A DNA stretch of 62,514 bases, the filler included, from Globobulimina sp. (Eukaryota), in the NCBI GenBank assembly GCA_003354225.1. It is 31 parts of 31 records of this genome, joined end to end, with 100 filler letters (N's around TTAATTAATTAA, not from the genome) between each part and the next. Parts side by side here need not be neighbours in the genome. Positions count along the whole stretch, not along the records: positions 60,597 to 62,514 come from PIVH01010604.1; 30 more parts are not named here. One strand, 5' to 3'. The position numbers and the translations under genes are program-made. The notes below the pieces were generated by a model. It was not told the origin of the DNA. It was given only the letters and a program-made list of their open reading frames with translations, and did no database searches. Shown here one piece after another: positions 60,597 through 62,514 of the stretch (positions within the stretch are counted from its first letter, which is position 1; every line of letters begins with the position of its first letter).

Positions 60597-61315
60597 CAAC
60601 AAACATGGGTTTTACGTCTAAATGATGTCTCGATAAAGTGTTTGAATTTTGTAAAGTAATAAAACATAAATAATACATCAATAATGCATGGTAAAAATAT
60701 ACATAATGTAAGATGAATAAGCATTGATTGGTCTTGCAATGCATCTTCAATCAGTTCTAAATCCCATTCACTATGCATCTCTATATTGAGTGTGGTCAAA
60801 ATAAGCTCAATTCCGCAAAATAAAATTGTAAGCATTGGTGTCCATAATGATAAACATATATATAAATCTATTAACGATTTATATTTTATAACACAAAGTC
60901 TTAACTGCAATAACAATATAAATCCAATGATTGCAACACCAAATCGTATCAATGCAGGCAGTATCAAATAGGTTAATAATCGCCTATAAATATTTGATAA
61001 TGCAGTGTATATATAATCAAATGCGTAATGGTCGACAGTATTTGTTGTAACTGGACTCAATTCCAATAATATCATTGAAACAGCAAGGTTCCAACATGAT
61101 GTTAAGAATATACCAAAATAAATGCTGCAGATTCCACAACAAAAAGAAGTCATTGGTCTAGCAGTAGTATTAACATTGTCATCTCTTGTTTTCAATGGCC
61201 TATAAGCATATCCTTTATGGCGTTGTTGCAATTGTGATGAAGACATTGACGTATTAGACAAAACTTTTAGTAGTACAGTAGTTTCTTTCATTTTATTTTT
61301 TAGGAAAGTACCCAT
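60597..61315 (-). CDS. Four-TM protein with CCGxC motif (LAPTM/tetraspanner-like), paralogue A
   Basis: FCCGICSIYFGIFLTSCWNL followed by four hydrophobic segments. Confidence 0.6.
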
Positions 61316-61374
61316 TCTACAAAAAACTTTCCAAAAAATACAAAAACTTCGTTCTTCAACATTTGCTTAATCTA

Positions 61375-61788
61375 ATGACAATCAAAATAATTGTATCATT
61401 ATTAAACGTGTCCCAACCTGTTTCTAGCAATAAGGCATTGGACACAATCAGTACTTGCAATATAGAGAAAAGTTTAGAAGGAGGAATATCAATACAAACC
61501 AAACCAAAACCAATAAAACATAGTTGTCTTAAATCCGATACTAATCCATTCACAATTGCTCGAGAGACAAAATTACAAAAAGGTTCGCCATTAACGGTAA
61601 CTTTTGATGAAAGAGTGGTTGTTCAAACTATTCCGCGTAGTCGATGTGACGGAACATTTAAATGTTACCAGTCATTGAAATCCAAAGCAAATAAAAGACG
61701 TTTTCGCTTTGCTAAAATAAAAAGCAAAGGTTTAGAGAAAGTAATGTTCATTCTTGTAATTGGTGTTATTTTGTTAATATGTGTTTAA
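61375..61788 (+). CDS. Tail-anchored small protein
   Basis: SCLK...VTFDE motif; C-terminal TM VMFILVIGVILLICV. Confidence 0.4.
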   Translation: MTIKIIVSLLNVSQPVSSNKALDTISTCNIEKSLEGGISIQTKPKPIKHSCLKSDTNPFTIARETKLQKGSPLTVTFDERVVVQTIPRSRCDGTFKCYQSLKSKANKRRFRFAKIKSKGLEKVMFILVIGVILLICV

Positions 61789-62162
61789 TATGTCATATTC
61801 TCCAATATTTTAATGTGTTTTTTACAGATTACACTTGTTTTTTTTGTGTTTAGTAACTGGTGTTTTCTTTATGTTTTTCATCTCTTTTATTCGTTAATTT
61901 TTACATAGTGTTTAATAAATACTGTATCTCTATTTTTTTATTTGTATTTTTTTGCGTTTTTGTGCATGCTTTGATCGCATTATTACTGATTATAATTAAT
62001 TTTTTTACTCCTCCTCCTCCTCTATAGAGACTTTATATCGATCTAGAAATTTCTGGAAATTCTCCTTCGGTGAAATATTTTTCCGAATTAAAAAACATTC
62101 AAAGTAAAAATCGTTTTGTGACAATGACTGCAGTATGCTTTATACCACTTTATTGAATTAAA

Positions 62163-62514
62163 ATGACTACACACCAACTAACAACACAGTTCGGTGACGA
62201 CGTGATTGAGTTCAAAACTATTCAAGTTAATAAAAGTCTATGCTGTGGATGTTGTGATATATTTGTTGGTGTTATTTTTATTTCTGGATGGAATTTATTA
62301 ATGTCAGTGCCGTTTATTGTATTTGGTATCATTGGAGCATATGGCTTAAATATGCCGGATGATGCGGACAAGACAACATATCAAATACTCTTTGGCTTAT
62401 TATTAATCCCTGGCGTTATGCGTGTTGTTGCCGGTGGTATCGGCATATGGTTATCACCAAAATTACGGTTCAATATTATATATTTTTTATGTATTTAAAA
62501 AACAACACTCCAAT
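62163..62514 (+). CDS. CCGxC membrane protein, paralogue B (3' partial)
   Basis: LCCGCCDIFVGVIFISGWNL...IPGVMRVVAGGIG..KLR aligns with paralogue A. Confidence 0.6.

Overview
This window is not one locus. It is 31 unrelated short contigs (1921-1918 bp, sorted by decreasing length) joined by artificial 100-bp linkers (N44-TTAATTAATTAA-N44, stops in all six frames), so no synteny holds across linkers. Most contigs come from an AT-rich eukaryote with short (44-144 bp) GT-AG introns, the standard code and poly-Asn tracts. The gene style (P/T stalks, SAM, multi-TM families) suggests a foraminiferan/rhizarian protist, which is an inference. One contig looks bacterial (46465-48383), three are non-coding and repeat-rich, possibly from another eukaryote (20210-22129, 40408-42326, 50503-52421), and several have probable chimeric joins. 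Recognisable genes: SMC1, ALG11, L2HGDH, a PRPP synthetase homologue, MFSD1-like, TMEM184-like, Dispatched-like RND, R3H, PH, SPRY, PhyH, C-type lectin-mucin, LRR and alpha/beta hydrolases. Main observations: (1) a motif TATCCT(C/T)GCAC(AC) occurs 9 times on 6 independent contigs, often on the gene strand shortly after a stop codon; (2) an ORF missed by the ORF track encodes a SAM-TM-dCache-TM sensor with the amino-acid-binding motif; (3) an acireductone dioxygenase runs in frame into a Rid/2-aminomuconate deaminase-like N-terminus; (4) a KDZ-type transposase; (5) a 30-nt U2 snRNA 5' fragment.
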